This document shows, piece by piece, positions 20,020-28,994 of a stretch of 64,000 nt of DNA (its first letter is position 1; each line of letters starts with the position of its first letter). The DNA lies in contig JAHIZV010000139.1 of NCBI GenBank assembly GCA_018814445.1, positions 4,342 to 68,341 on the forward strand, given 5' to 3'. Below the pieces are notes generated by a model that saw only the letters and a list, made by a program, of their open reading frames with translations, searched no databases and was not told where the DNA came from. The position numbers and the translations under genes were made by a program. Source of the DNA: Verrucomicrobiota bacterium. Lineage in GTDB: Bacteria; Verrucomicrobiota; Kiritimatiellia; JAHIZV01.

Positions 20020-20458
20020 CCACTCCGCCGGGTTCGCCGTCGCTTCCGTAGCTGATAATCTCATAAGGCAGGTTATCTCTCCCCGGAACCAGGTAGATGT
20101 ACGGCCGCCCCCACGGATCGAGGGGCACATCCCTGCTTTCGAGATACCCTTCGTCCGGATAGTTGCGGGGAACCGGCGCGGTCGCGGGCTCCCTGACCAG
20201 CGCATCAAGTCCCTGCTGTTGAGTCGGAACGAAACCGTTCTCCGTGCGATAGACCTGGATCGCAGTCTGCAGATTCTTGATCTGCACTTTCGCGGCAGTG
20301 ATCCGCGCTTCGGCAGGCTTCCGCAATACGTTGCCCCCCACAATCCCCGCCAAGACCGCGATGATGACGAGAGCGACGAGAATCTCAATCAACGTGAAGC
20401 CCTGCCTGCGATCGCCTCGATGTCCGATGTTCGATGTTCGATGTTCGATGTTTTCCAT
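19985..20458 (-). CDS. GspG-like major pseudopilin (type II secretion/type IV pilus-like)
   Basis: G|FTLIEILVALVIIAVLA plus DPWGRPY GspG motif; ATG 20458 with GGAGG SD (GTG 20464 would overlap the polB stop); the 20-aa leader is encoded by the AACATCG x3 repeat. Confidence 0.7.
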   Translation of the reverse strand: MENIEHRTSNIGHRGDRRQGFTLIEILVALVIIAVLAGIVGGNVLRKPAEARITAAKVQIKNLQTAIQVYRTENGFVPTQQQGLDALVREPATAPVPRNYPDEGYLESRDVPLDPWGRPYIYLVPGRDNLPYEIISYGSDGEPGGVDDAADISSGDS

Positions 20459-20460
20459 CC

Positions 20461-22713
20461 TCACCCTCCGAGTCCCAACTCCTGCTGAGCAGTCTCATTT
20501 TCAATAGTCGCAAACTTCTTGTACAGCGCCTCGAGCTTCGCCACATAGTAGGGAACATTCTCATCCCTGTTGTCCGGATCCCATTCTGCCACGGATCTGG
20601 CCGCTTCGTAAACAGCGACGCTCTTCTTCGCACCCGTCACGTAGTACGATATCTGATCCCCCGCCTGGTAAGCCCGTCCCGAATTCAAGGCCAGCTCGTA
20701 TGCCGCGTTGCGGCCCCGGCTCTTGCCCTTGATCTTCTCCGCGTACGTGGCGGGGGCGTCCTGGAGTGTCTCGGTCTTGGCGAGCATCTGAATCGGCCAG
20801 GTCTTCTCCTCGATGCACTTTCTATACTGATCGTGCAGTTCACCGATCCGCTCGTTGTTCCGCTCGAGCTTCAATCTTAACATCTCCCGCAAAAACTCCC
20901 GCTGGAATCTCTCCAGGCCGCGGGACTTGAGGGCCGCACCCTTGATGATTACCTCATCATGCTCGTCAAGAAGTGCATAGTTCTTCATCTTGTAGCTGAA
21001 CATCGCCTTGTACTCGGCATCAAATTCGATATCGATGCCCTCAGGCAATGAGGCCTCAAAGTCGGCTCTGAACTTCTTCAGCTCCTTATCTGACTTGAAG
21101 GGCGGCGGAACGAAGTAGATACCGTCGGTGTCGATCTCGATGGTCTTCGCGCCATTGCCGTCGAGCCACTTGATCATCTGCTTCAGAAGCTGTCTTCCCT
21201 CGTAGGCCACTTTCTCGGCGGAAGAGAAATCGCTGAAGCGCGCCTGACGAAAACCCAGGTAACCGTAAAACGAATTGATCAGGATCTTAAACGTGCTCTG
21301 AAGCGCGTCAAGGTAGACCTTCTCGTCAGCGTTCTTTGTGTTCTGCATTTTCGTCTTCGCGTCGATCCTGAACGAACGCAAGTAGTCGAGCAACTCGAGG
21401 AATATCCTCAATTCGTCTGTCCTGGGGCACAACTGCTGAGTCAGCATCAGGGATGGATACAGCGAGCGAACGTCACAATGATGAACATTCTCCTCAACGC
21501 CGACGACAAACACGTCGGTGTATCCCCCGGCGAACTCCCGCGGTATATCCGGATACGGGATAGCCTCATCCCGCCGGACGTATTCACGGAGCAGAAGAGA
21601 GTCAATCTTCGCTCCGTTGCCCCTGACGCTGACATTCTGATACGAGAAAGGAAGAATCTGGGCCTGCGCGAAGTAGATCGGGGACAGGATGTTGCTGATT
21701 TCACGCGTCTCGATGATGTCATCACAGGCGTAGTCCATGAGCGTTGAGGGATCCTTATCGAACATGGACGCAATCTCCGCTCCCTCGATGTACGTCCTTC
21801 CTTCGGGAGCAACGCCGAAGTGGATAGCGACTTCTTTCAGTCCAAATCCCTCAAGCGCACGGTTGGTGATATCGTAAAGCTGGACCAGGAAAAGCGTGTC
21901 GATGACGTGCCGGCCGAATATGTCGAACTTCGGATACGTGATGGACCGCTCCCCTGCGATAAAACGGCCGGGACGGCTCTTAATCGTGCTTCCGTCCCTG
22001 CCAAGCGTCATCTTCACTTTGTGACGCTTCGCGCGCGTCGCGATGAACGGCAGATCGAATCTGAAAATGTTGTGTCCCTCGATAACGTCAGGATCTTTCT
22101 CCTTCACTATCTCGACGAACTTCTGCAGAAGCGCCTTCTCGTCGAGTTCCGCCCCTGAGAGCACTTCCGTCCATCCCGTCTCGTCCGCCAGGGCAATCGC
22201 GATGATCCTGTCCTCTTCACGTTCGGCGTTGGGGAACTCATAGCCTTTCGTCGTGTAGGTCTCGATATCGACCTGGAGCCGTTTGAGTTCTCCGAACTTC
22301 AATCCCTTGAACAGCGTTCTGCCAGTGAGCAGTAGGTACTGTTGGACCGGATCGGTGAGGTAGTAATAGGGAGCTTCTCCTGAAGAGGGATTCTGGCCCG
22401 TTTTCCTTCGCAGGAACTTAACCGCGTCCTGGCAATCCTTCCACGAATCGAACTCGGCCCGGTATTTGAAGGCCCCCTTCCCTGACAGGTCGTGAATCCC
22501 GTGTCGTATTTCCGAATCAGACAGCAGATCCGGGCTGACCAACCAGATGAACGGCTTGAAGGGCTCCTTCTCCTGTGTGAGTGCGTTGCCGGCGCGAACG
22601 AACCGGGTGATCTCATCGGCGGCGTCCTTGTTCCTCGTCAACTCAACGGCAACAAGACCTTCACCGGGATGGTGACCGAAGATGAGGCGGTTGTCAGACG
22701 GGTCCTTGATCAT
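20461..22713 (-). CDS. Family B DNA polymerase (Pol II-like) with 3'-5' exonuclease domain
   Basis: Exo I DIETY; motif A DVRSLYPS; motif B KILINSFYGYLG; motif C IDTDGIY; 750 aa. Confidence 0.8.
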   Translation of the reverse strand: MIKDPSDNRLIFGHHPGEGLVAVELTRNKDAADEITRFVRAGNALTQEKEPFKPFIWLVSPDLLSDSEIRHGIHDLSGKGAFKYRAEFDSWKDCQDAVKFLRRKTGQNPSSGEAPYYYLTDPVQQYLLLTGRTLFKGLKFGELKRLQVDIETYTTKGYEFPNAEREEDRIIAIALADETGWTEVLSGAELDEKALLQKFVEIVKEKDPDVIEGHNIFRFDLPFIATRAKRHKVKMTLGRDGSTIKSRPGRFIAGERSITYPKFDIFGRHVIDTLFLVQLYDITNRALEGFGLKEVAIHFGVAPEGRTYIEGAEIASMFDKDPSTLMDYACDDIIETREISNILSPIYFAQAQILPFSYQNVSVRGNGAKIDSLLLREYVRRDEAIPYPDIPREFAGGYTDVFVVGVEENVHHCDVRSLYPSLMLTQQLCPRTDELRIFLELLDYLRSFRIDAKTKMQNTKNADEKVYLDALQSTFKILINSFYGYLGFRQARFSDFSSAEKVAYEGRQLLKQMIKWLDGNGAKTIEIDTDGIYFVPPPFKSDKELKKFRADFEASLPEGIDIEFDAEYKAMFSYKMKNYALLDEHDEVIIKGAALKSRGLERFQREFLREMLRLKLERNNERIGELHDQYRKCIEEKTWPIQMLAKTETLQDAPATYAEKIKGKSRGRNAAYELALNSGRAYQAGDQISYYVTGAKKSVAVYEAARSVAEWDPDNRDENVPYYVAKLEALYKKFATIENETAQQELGLGG

Positions 22714-22843
22714 TCGAACAGTATAGGGAAGAAGTCCGAGATCAGAAGTCAGAAGTCAGAGGGCCGCGCAGAAGCACCCGTTCCAGGCGTGGAACTTCCA
22801 ATGCCTGGAAATTCCGACGGAAAAAGTTCCAAGCCCTGGAACT

Positions 22844-23023
22844 TTACTTCTTTGTGGATATCTTGAGCGGACAGTAGAGGGGGCACCACCCGATCAAACC
22901 CGTAATCAGAGGTATCGCGCCGACGGCCCCCCACCAGTTTTTGAAGTAGAGTCCGGCACCGATGATGGCCACGCCGACGAGTACCCGAATGATCTTATCC
23001 GTCTTTCCAACATTGCTTTTCAT
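22844..23023 (-). CDS. DUF2892 (YgaP-like) small inner-membrane protein, 59 aa (below the ORF-track size cutoff)
   Basis: Hand translation gives MKSNVGKTDKIIRVLVGVAIIGAGLYFKNWWGAVGAIPLITGLIGWCPLYCPLKISTKK, which fits the DUF2892 pattern. Confidence 0.55.
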   Translation of the reverse strand: MKSNVGKTDKIIRVLVGVAIIGAGLYFKNWWGAVGAIPLITGLIGWCPLYCPLKISTKK

Positions 23024-23060
23024 AGTGTGTTTCTCCCGCTGTTAGGACACTCTGCTGAGT

Positions 23061-24515
23061 CTACTTTATCCCGTATTTATCGATTTGCGAGCAGCTCTCA
23101 CACGATTCGCGACTCAGTTCATCTTCGATGCCCCGCAGCACCTCTTCCGCGATCGCTTTTTCGGTCCTGAACCTTTCAACCAGTTCTTCTACGGTGACGT
23201 AGCCGTATTTTTCACTGAGCCGCACCCAGTCACGCCCGTACCTGTAGGCTCTGCCCAGCATCGCCTTGCGGATGATCGGCCGCGCATGCAGAACCGGCGC
23301 GAGATCCAACTGCCTGTACTCAACACCGGCTGCCTGCAAACGGAGAAACCACTCCGTGTCTTCCGCGTTCCCGAAGTCGCTATTGCGTACGAACTTTCGG
23401 ATCAGATCGGCAGGACCCGCCGTGTTTGACATGTTGGGAGTTGTATCGGTGATGGTAACACCGTGAACGATGGCGTTCGGCACAACGGCCGCCGCCAGTT
23501 CCGTCAGCCAGTTTTCGTTCAGCGGAGAGCAGTCTGTCTCGGTGAACACAATGATATCGCCGGTGGCTTTGTCGACGGCCTCCTGAAAAGCCTCGGCCAG
23601 GCCGGGCGCGGTGGAAGTGCAAAACTCAAAAGATGGATAAGCCTGCTTCCGAAGCTCGCGCATCTTCTCTTCAATCTCGGCATCTGTCTTCGCGACGAGC
23701 ACGATGCTTATTTTCGGAGGCTTGTCCGTTCCCTGTTTCTCTGCAGTGATCCACGGCTGTAACCGGTATCTCCGCACTACTTTCTCGAAGTCAGGATCCC
23801 TTGCGCCTTCGACCCGCGCCCGGGTGTGATTCCGGTCGTGGACCCGGTAGTGGAAGGCCGTATCCGGCACATACTTTCCGACCTGGTTCTGTTCGAGGAG
23901 CCGCAGCCATAAATCCCAGTCGTGATACGTGCGCAAACTCGGATCCAGTTGGACCGATGTCCGCCAGAGCATGGAGCATGTGTCGATATAGTTACCCCGG
24001 CGAAGGCGATCTGGATCAAAGTCACCGACTTCTACCCGTGTGACATCGGAGCCCTCAGGATCATAGTCGGGATGCCACGATGCTTCATAGTGCATGATCC
24101 TGTCGCCGTAAGCGAATGCCGGTCGAGATCCGTTCCTGCCGCGAGTCATCAATGCGCTCGCACACTTTCTCACAAAGTCGGGCTCAAGCCAGTTGTCTAC
24201 ATCGAGAAGAAGAATCCTGCGCCCACGACTCATCGACAGTCCGAATATGCGCGCCCGGTTCGCGTTTCCCTCCTCAATTCTGAAGTAGCGAATCCGCCTG
24301 CTACGCTTGCGATACCGCCTGACGACCTCTGATGTCGAATCTCGGGAGCTGTCGTCGACGACAATGATCTCGCGCGGCACATATCCCCTCTCCTGCTTGA
24401 GAATACTGTCGAGACAGGCCGGCAGAAAAGCGGCCCCATCCCGGCATGGAATGATGACAGACACGTCCCTGGCAAAACGACTTTCGGCAAATCTAAAAGG
24501 CACTCGCCCCTCCAC
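23061..24515 (-). CDS. Family 2 glycosyltransferase (two GT-like domains)
   Basis: VIIPCRDGAAFL...DDSSRD...LLDVD GT-A/DxD signatures in the N-terminal half, plus a second GT-like half. Confidence 0.7.
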   Translation of the reverse strand: MEGRVPFRFAESRFARDVSVIIPCRDGAAFLPACLDSILKQERGYVPREIIVVDDSSRDSTSEVVRRYRKRSRRIRYFRIEEGNANRARIFGLSMSRGRRILLLDVDNWLEPDFVRKCASALMTRGRNGSRPAFAYGDRIMHYEASWHPDYDPEGSDVTRVEVGDFDPDRLRRGNYIDTCSMLWRTSVQLDPSLRTYHDWDLWLRLLEQNQVGKYVPDTAFHYRVHDRNHTRARVEGARDPDFEKVVRRYRLQPWITAEKQGTDKPPKISIVLVAKTDAEIEEKMRELRKQAYPSFEFCTSTAPGLAEAFQEAVDKATGDIIVFTETDCSPLNENWLTELAAAVVPNAIVHGVTITDTTPNMSNTAGPADLIRKFVRNSDFGNAEDTEWFLRLQAAGVEYRQLDLAPVLHARPIIRKAMLGRAYRYGRDWVRLSEKYGYVTVEELVERFRTEKAIAEEVLRGIEDELSRESCESCSQIDKYGIK

Positions 24516-24583
24516 TGACTACCGCTCACACCCGAACACAGCGGATCCATAGTGAAGTCCTTAAGCCCATAAGGCAACCTCTC

Positions 24584-25519
24584 CTATTTCAGGAACCACT
24601 CGACGGTGCGGGCAAGACCTTCATCGAACGGCACCGAGGGATTCCAGCCGAGAAGTTCCCTGGCCCTGGTCGAATCGGCCTGGGAATCGCGCACGTCCCC
24701 AGGACGCGGTTTGCCGTGAAGCGGCGGGATGTTTTTGCCCATGATAGCTGAGATTTTCGCGGCGAGTTCGTTGATTGACGTGCGGTAGCCCCACGCAAGA
24801 TTGTATACACCGCCCGCGGCATCCTCCGGCGCCGTGCAACAGCACAGATTACCGGCGATGACGTCCGCGACAAACGTGAAGTCGCGCGTCTGTTCCCCAT
24901 CGCCGTCAATCGTCGGAGGGCGCTCGTTCTTGAATGCGTCAACGAACAACGGGATCACCGCGGCGTACTGTGAACCCGGATCCTGCCTGGGGCCGAAGAC
25001 ATTAAAGTAGCGCAGTGCAAATGTCTTCAACCCGTAGAGACGGTGGAAAATGCGGCAGTAGTGTTCGCCGGTCAACTTGTTCAGCGCGTAGGGCGAAAGC
25101 GGATTGGGAGTCATATCTTCCCGCTTCGGCAAAGTGGGGGTATCGCCGTACACGGAAGAAGACGAAGAAAAGACAAAACGGTCGACGCCGGCATCGCGGG
25201 CCGCGATCAGAAGATTCAATGTGCCTGTCACATTGACTTCGTTGCTCGTGAATGGATCCTCGACCGAACGGACCACCGACCCAAGTGCTCCGAGATGCAG
25301 GACGAAGCGAACGCCATCAACAGCTCTCTGAAGATCGTCAACGTTTCTCAGGTCGCCCACGACAAGGTCGATACTGCTTTCGAGACCCGCGAGGTTCTCA
25401 CGCCGCCCGGTCGAGAAGTTATCGAGCACGCGGACGCTTGATCCATCGGAAACAAGTTTGTGAACAATGTTGGAGCCGATAAAGCCCCCACCGCCGGTTA
25501 CAAGGTAGTCAACAGCCAT
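24584..25519 (-). CDS. NAD-dependent nucleotide-sugar epimerase/dehydratase
   Basis: TGGGGFIGSN Rossmann motif, YxxxK; start at Met MAVDYLVTGG. Confidence 0.8.
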   Translation of the reverse strand: MAVDYLVTGGGGFIGSNIVHKLVSDGSSVRVLDNFSTGRRENLAGLESSIDLVVGDLRNVDDLQRAVDGVRFVLHLGALGSVVRSVEDPFTSNEVNVTGTLNLLIAARDAGVDRFVFSSSSSVYGDTPTLPKREDMTPNPLSPYALNKLTGEHYCRIFHRLYGLKTFALRYFNVFGPRQDPGSQYAAVIPLFVDAFKNERPPTIDGDGEQTRDFTFVADVIAGNLCCCTAPEDAAGGVYNLAWGYRTSINELAAKISAIMGKNIPPLHGKPRPGDVRDSQADSTRARELLGWNPSVPFDEGLARTVEWFLK

Positions 25520-25535
25520 GCAGAAATATCCCCAG

Positions 25536-27698
25536 TTATCGTCCCAGATCCAGGTGAGCCCTGGGCAGCGCCAGTATCCAGAGCTGAGCCCATACAGTGA
25601 TGTCGTTATCGACCTCTTTCCACCCGACGCCCCAGCCAAGACAGTCCATTTTATGGTCTATCTCATAGCGATGCTCTTCGATATCGTTGCCGTCGAGGTC
25701 ATAACGCCAGTAGGCTCGGTAGGTCCATTTCTCCTCTGGAAACAGTTCCGTACTGAATGCGATCTGATCACGCCTCTCATCGATGAATCTGTACTCAAGT
25801 CCGGCGGTCGACCCCGCCCGGCTCTCCAAATACATCTGCGCGTTGAACTCTTCGATATTGGTGTCATAGAAATTGTAGCGGCCATCGACATCCAGGGAGT
25901 ACCAGTCGACAAATCTGAATTCCGCATCGACATCCAACGTCGAGAAATCATCCTCTCCCTCTGCCGGATCAAGGCGGTAGTCGGTATGAACGTCGAGATC
26001 AAGGAGGTCCCGGATCTGCTTCTGCTTCTTTGTCTGGAACTTGTTCCTGACGCCGAGCCTGATCTGATGAAACTTGTCCAGCGCGTCGATATCATCGAAC
26101 TGGTAAAGGTCTGCGGGTTCAACGCTGGGCGTCGGGACGTAGGTGTACTGGGCATAGGGCTCGACTACGTGGCGCAAGCCGCGGCCGAACCGGTTCTGGT
26201 TGGGACTGATCTCCTTGAACGATTTGAACGAGGTCTCGAAGCCCAGTTCAAAGAGGGAGCGGAATTCGGCGCCTCCGCTCGCCACTGTGATTTCGATGTT
26301 GGTTTCGGTGCCGATCACCACACCATTCGTATCAGTCAGAGGCGACAAGACCTCATTCTCCGTGGCCAGGGGGGTATCCGAGTAATATGTGCCTCTCACT
26401 CCTGCCTGCGGGATGAAGTTCAGAAACCCGAAATGCCGTGTGGGATAGATAAAGACATGGTGCGTATCGAGGCGAAGAGAGTCGTAATCCTCGATTCCCG
26501 AGCCCTCCGGGAATACGCGCGCCAACCGGGCGAGGCTGTTGTCACTCTCGTAGTAGAATCCAGAACTGCCGACCTCCTGGCGGCTTATATCGAGGGTCAG
26601 TTCCGGCGTCCGGTCCACACTCTCGTAGAAGTCATTCAGCCTCTTGGTAACCTCCGCGCCCACCGTGTAGTCGTCTTCGCGGTGCAGGAGAGAAACGCGA
26701 TTCTCCGGCTGGGAGTTCCTCCTGAACTCGCCGTCGAAGAAATCCTCGAGTACGTCCGGATCACTCAGGTAGTTCAGTTCGGTGATAAGGTAGGTCCGGT
26801 CGCTCATCTTCTGGTTGTGCGACAGCCGCGCGCGGTAGCGCTCACTGCTTATTAAATCGCCGCGATCCAGTTCTTCTTCTTTGCTGTCAAAGGGCTCCTT
26901 GTCATCAAGGTAATACAACCTCAATCTCCCCGCGTAGTCGCGGTCCGGCGATTTCCATTCAAAGTCCTGGCCAACACCGACCCCCCGCTTCGAGCGGTAG
27001 TCGAGATGGGTTCTGCCTTTGGTGACGGGTGTTACATTGTAGTTGTAGGAGGACAGAAGAAAGGCCCCCATCTTACCGCTATAACCGGGTGTGACATCGA
27101 TGCCTGTATCCCGGTCGTCAAAATCCCGTTTGGCCCACGGCAGGTAGAAGATAGGCACGGGACCGAGAAACACGCCGAAATGCTTCACTTTCAGAATGTG
27201 ATTGTCTATCAGCCTTCCCTCGCGCGCTCTGAAGGAATACTCGGAGTCGCCGGGTTTGCACGTACTCATTCTCAGCTTATAGAGATGGAATTCGTTGCTT
27301 GAGACGCGCTCGGAATCTTCAGCATGTACGTAGTAGGGATCGAATTCCGCGGAGAATTCGCCGAAGTCGCCCTGCTGTGTATCGAAGTTGTAGTGAACTT
27401 CCTCGCCTGCCCAGGTGCGCCCGCCACGGTCAAATACGACATGGCCGCGGGCATACACTTCTGATGTCTCTGTTTCGACTTCGATATAGTCGGCCCGAAG
27501 CTCATCGCCGCTATCCGTTACAACAACGTTGCCGACACCTACCAGGATCTTACGGCCGGCATCGTATTCCAGCCGGTCGGCCTGAATATCCACCCCGCCG
27601 GCTGCGACACCGACGTCGGCAGCGAGAATCGTCTTCTCCAAAAGGAACCCTGTTGCCGCCGCAAGCAGCAGAACCAGCCAGAATCTGTGAAGTGTCAT
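25536..27698 (-). CDS. lptD: LPS-assembly protein LptD (OstA family)
   Basis: Signal peptide, OstA N-terminal domain and large beta-barrel C-terminal domain; ~720 aa. Confidence 0.75.
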   Translation of the reverse strand: MTLHRFWLVLLLAAATGFLLEKTILAADVGVAAGGVDIQADRLEYDAGRKILVGVGNVVVTDSGDELRADYIEVETETSEVYARGHVVFDRGGRTWAGEEVHYNFDTQQGDFGEFSAEFDPYYVHAEDSERVSSNEFHLYKLRMSTCKPGDSEYSFRAREGRLIDNHILKVKHFGVFLGPVPIFYLPWAKRDFDDRDTGIDVTPGYSGKMGAFLLSSYNYNVTPVTKGRTHLDYRSKRGVGVGQDFEWKSPDRDYAGRLRLYYLDDKEPFDSKEEELDRGDLISSERYRARLSHNQKMSDRTYLITELNYLSDPDVLEDFFDGEFRRNSQPENRVSLLHREDDYTVGAEVTKRLNDFYESVDRTPELTLDISRQEVGSSGFYYESDNSLARLARVFPEGSGIEDYDSLRLDTHHVFIYPTRHFGFLNFIPQAGVRGTYYSDTPLATENEVLSPLTDTNGVVIGTETNIEITVASGGAEFRSLFELGFETSFKSFKEISPNQNRFGRGLRHVVEPYAQYTYVPTPSVEPADLYQFDDIDALDKFHQIRLGVRNKFQTKKQKQIRDLLDLDVHTDYRLDPAEGEDDFSTLDVDAEFRFVDWYSLDVDGRYNFYDTNIEEFNAQMYLESRAGSTAGLEYRFIDERRDQIAFSTELFPEEKWTYRAYWRYDLDGNDIEEHRYEIDHKMDCLGWGVGWKEVDNDITVWAQLWILALPRAHLDLGR

Positions 27699-28007
27699 GC
27701 TCACCCTCATGCTTGAAATCGTGGCGCGCACCGTAGCACAGGGGCCCCCAGACGCAAAGGAGAATGTCAAATTGGACTGCAGGGGTAATCGGGGTGGAGC
27801 GGTGGTGCAGAGATCTCATCTCCATGATCCATCAACCATGGGCGGCTCTCCGGGTTGGCCTCAGCTGACTTAAGGCCGGGACATGCCTTACGGCATTGAC
27901 TACGAACGATGCAAACTTCGTCTATTGTTTGTAGTGAAGCCCGTCAGGGCTGTGCCTTTCTTTGCCTGGCGCATCCGAAAGTGGTCTTAAGTCAGCGGCA
28001 TTCGCCC

Positions 28008-28274
28008 TCAGTCCATCCGCTTGATCTTGATAATGCGGGGTTTAGGCTTCGGCATCAGCAATTCGGGAGGAACATCAATACGGACGGTCGACCCCTTGGT
28101 TTGATCGAGACTCTCCGGAGCTTCGCGGATACCTTCGTCGGACTGTTCCACCTCTGGAGAAGGTATGGTGACACCCCTGCCGCACACGGGACACTCAATC
28201 TCGACACCCGCCATGTCATCAGGCGCATCGAGATTCTGCCCGCAGCCGGGGCAGTCAAAATTGATATCAGCCAT
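28008..28274 (-). CDS. Small zinc-ribbon protein (two CPxCG motifs), Pro/Lys-rich tail
   Basis: MADINFDCPGCGQ...CPVCGR. Confidence 0.5.
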   Translation of the reverse strand: MADINFDCPGCGQNLDAPDDMAGVEIECPVCGRGVTIPSPEVEQSDEGIREAPESLDQTKGSTVRIDVPPELLMPKPKPRIIKIKRMD

Positions 28275-28390
28275 AATGACCTCGAGTTTCCGACCCCTCC
28301 GGTTCCGCACCGAACGGAACACCCTCTATAGATTAAGTAGCACACGACGGTGTGCCATGTTAAGCCAAATCATCGGGTTCGAACCCCACG

Positions 28391-28843
28391 CTACACCATC
28401 CGCAGGACGTGTTTGAACTGCGCCCCGGTGACGGGCTGAACCGACAAGCGAGAACCTTTCTGAACGACCATCATGTCCTTGAGCGCCGCGTCCTGCTTCA
28501 ACTCGGCGAGTGCGACAATACGCGGGAACTTCTCCACAAATTCGACGTCGACCATCATCCAGACCGGTTTTTCCGGCGTGGAACGCTCATCGAAGTACCT
28601 GCTCTTCCTGTTCCACGCAAAGTGATCAGGATAACCCTCGCGGCAGATGCGGCCCACCCCTGCCACCCCGGAAGGATCGGCATTCGAATGATAGAAGAGA
28701 ACCGGATCCCCCACCCTCATATCGTCGCGCATGATGTTCCGCGCCTGGTAGTTGCGGACACCTTCCCATTGCGTAGCCCCGTCCCGTTCCAGATCGTCAA
28801 TCGAGTAGACAGACGGTTCACACTTCATCAGCCAGTATTTCAT
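28391..28843 (-). CDS. EVE (PUA-like) domain protein
   Basis: MKYWLMKCEP... typical EVE/DUF55 N-terminus; 150 aa. Confidence 0.75.
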   Translation of the reverse strand: MKYWLMKCEPSVYSIDDLERDGATQWEGVRNYQARNIMRDDMRVGDPVLFYHSNADPSGVAGVGRICREGYPDHFAWNRKSRYFDERSTPEKPVWMMVDVEFVEKFPRIVALAELKQDAALKDMMVVQKGSRLSVQPVTGAQFKHVLRMV

Positions 28844-28994
28844 GAAAGCAGGTTTCGGTGTTCAGGTTTGCTGCGCGCCGCTCCCGCGACGCTTGCCCTT
28901 CGGGCCACGCCAAGTCGTGTCTGCTCCCGCGCCTACCCTCGGCGCGTCCGCTCAGGTTTCGAAGAGTAGATACATCCCCCATTCCATTTTCAAC

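Noticed and set aside
20408-20415. HIP1-like octamer GCGATCGC
   Set aside because: Single occurrence; not enriched in the window.
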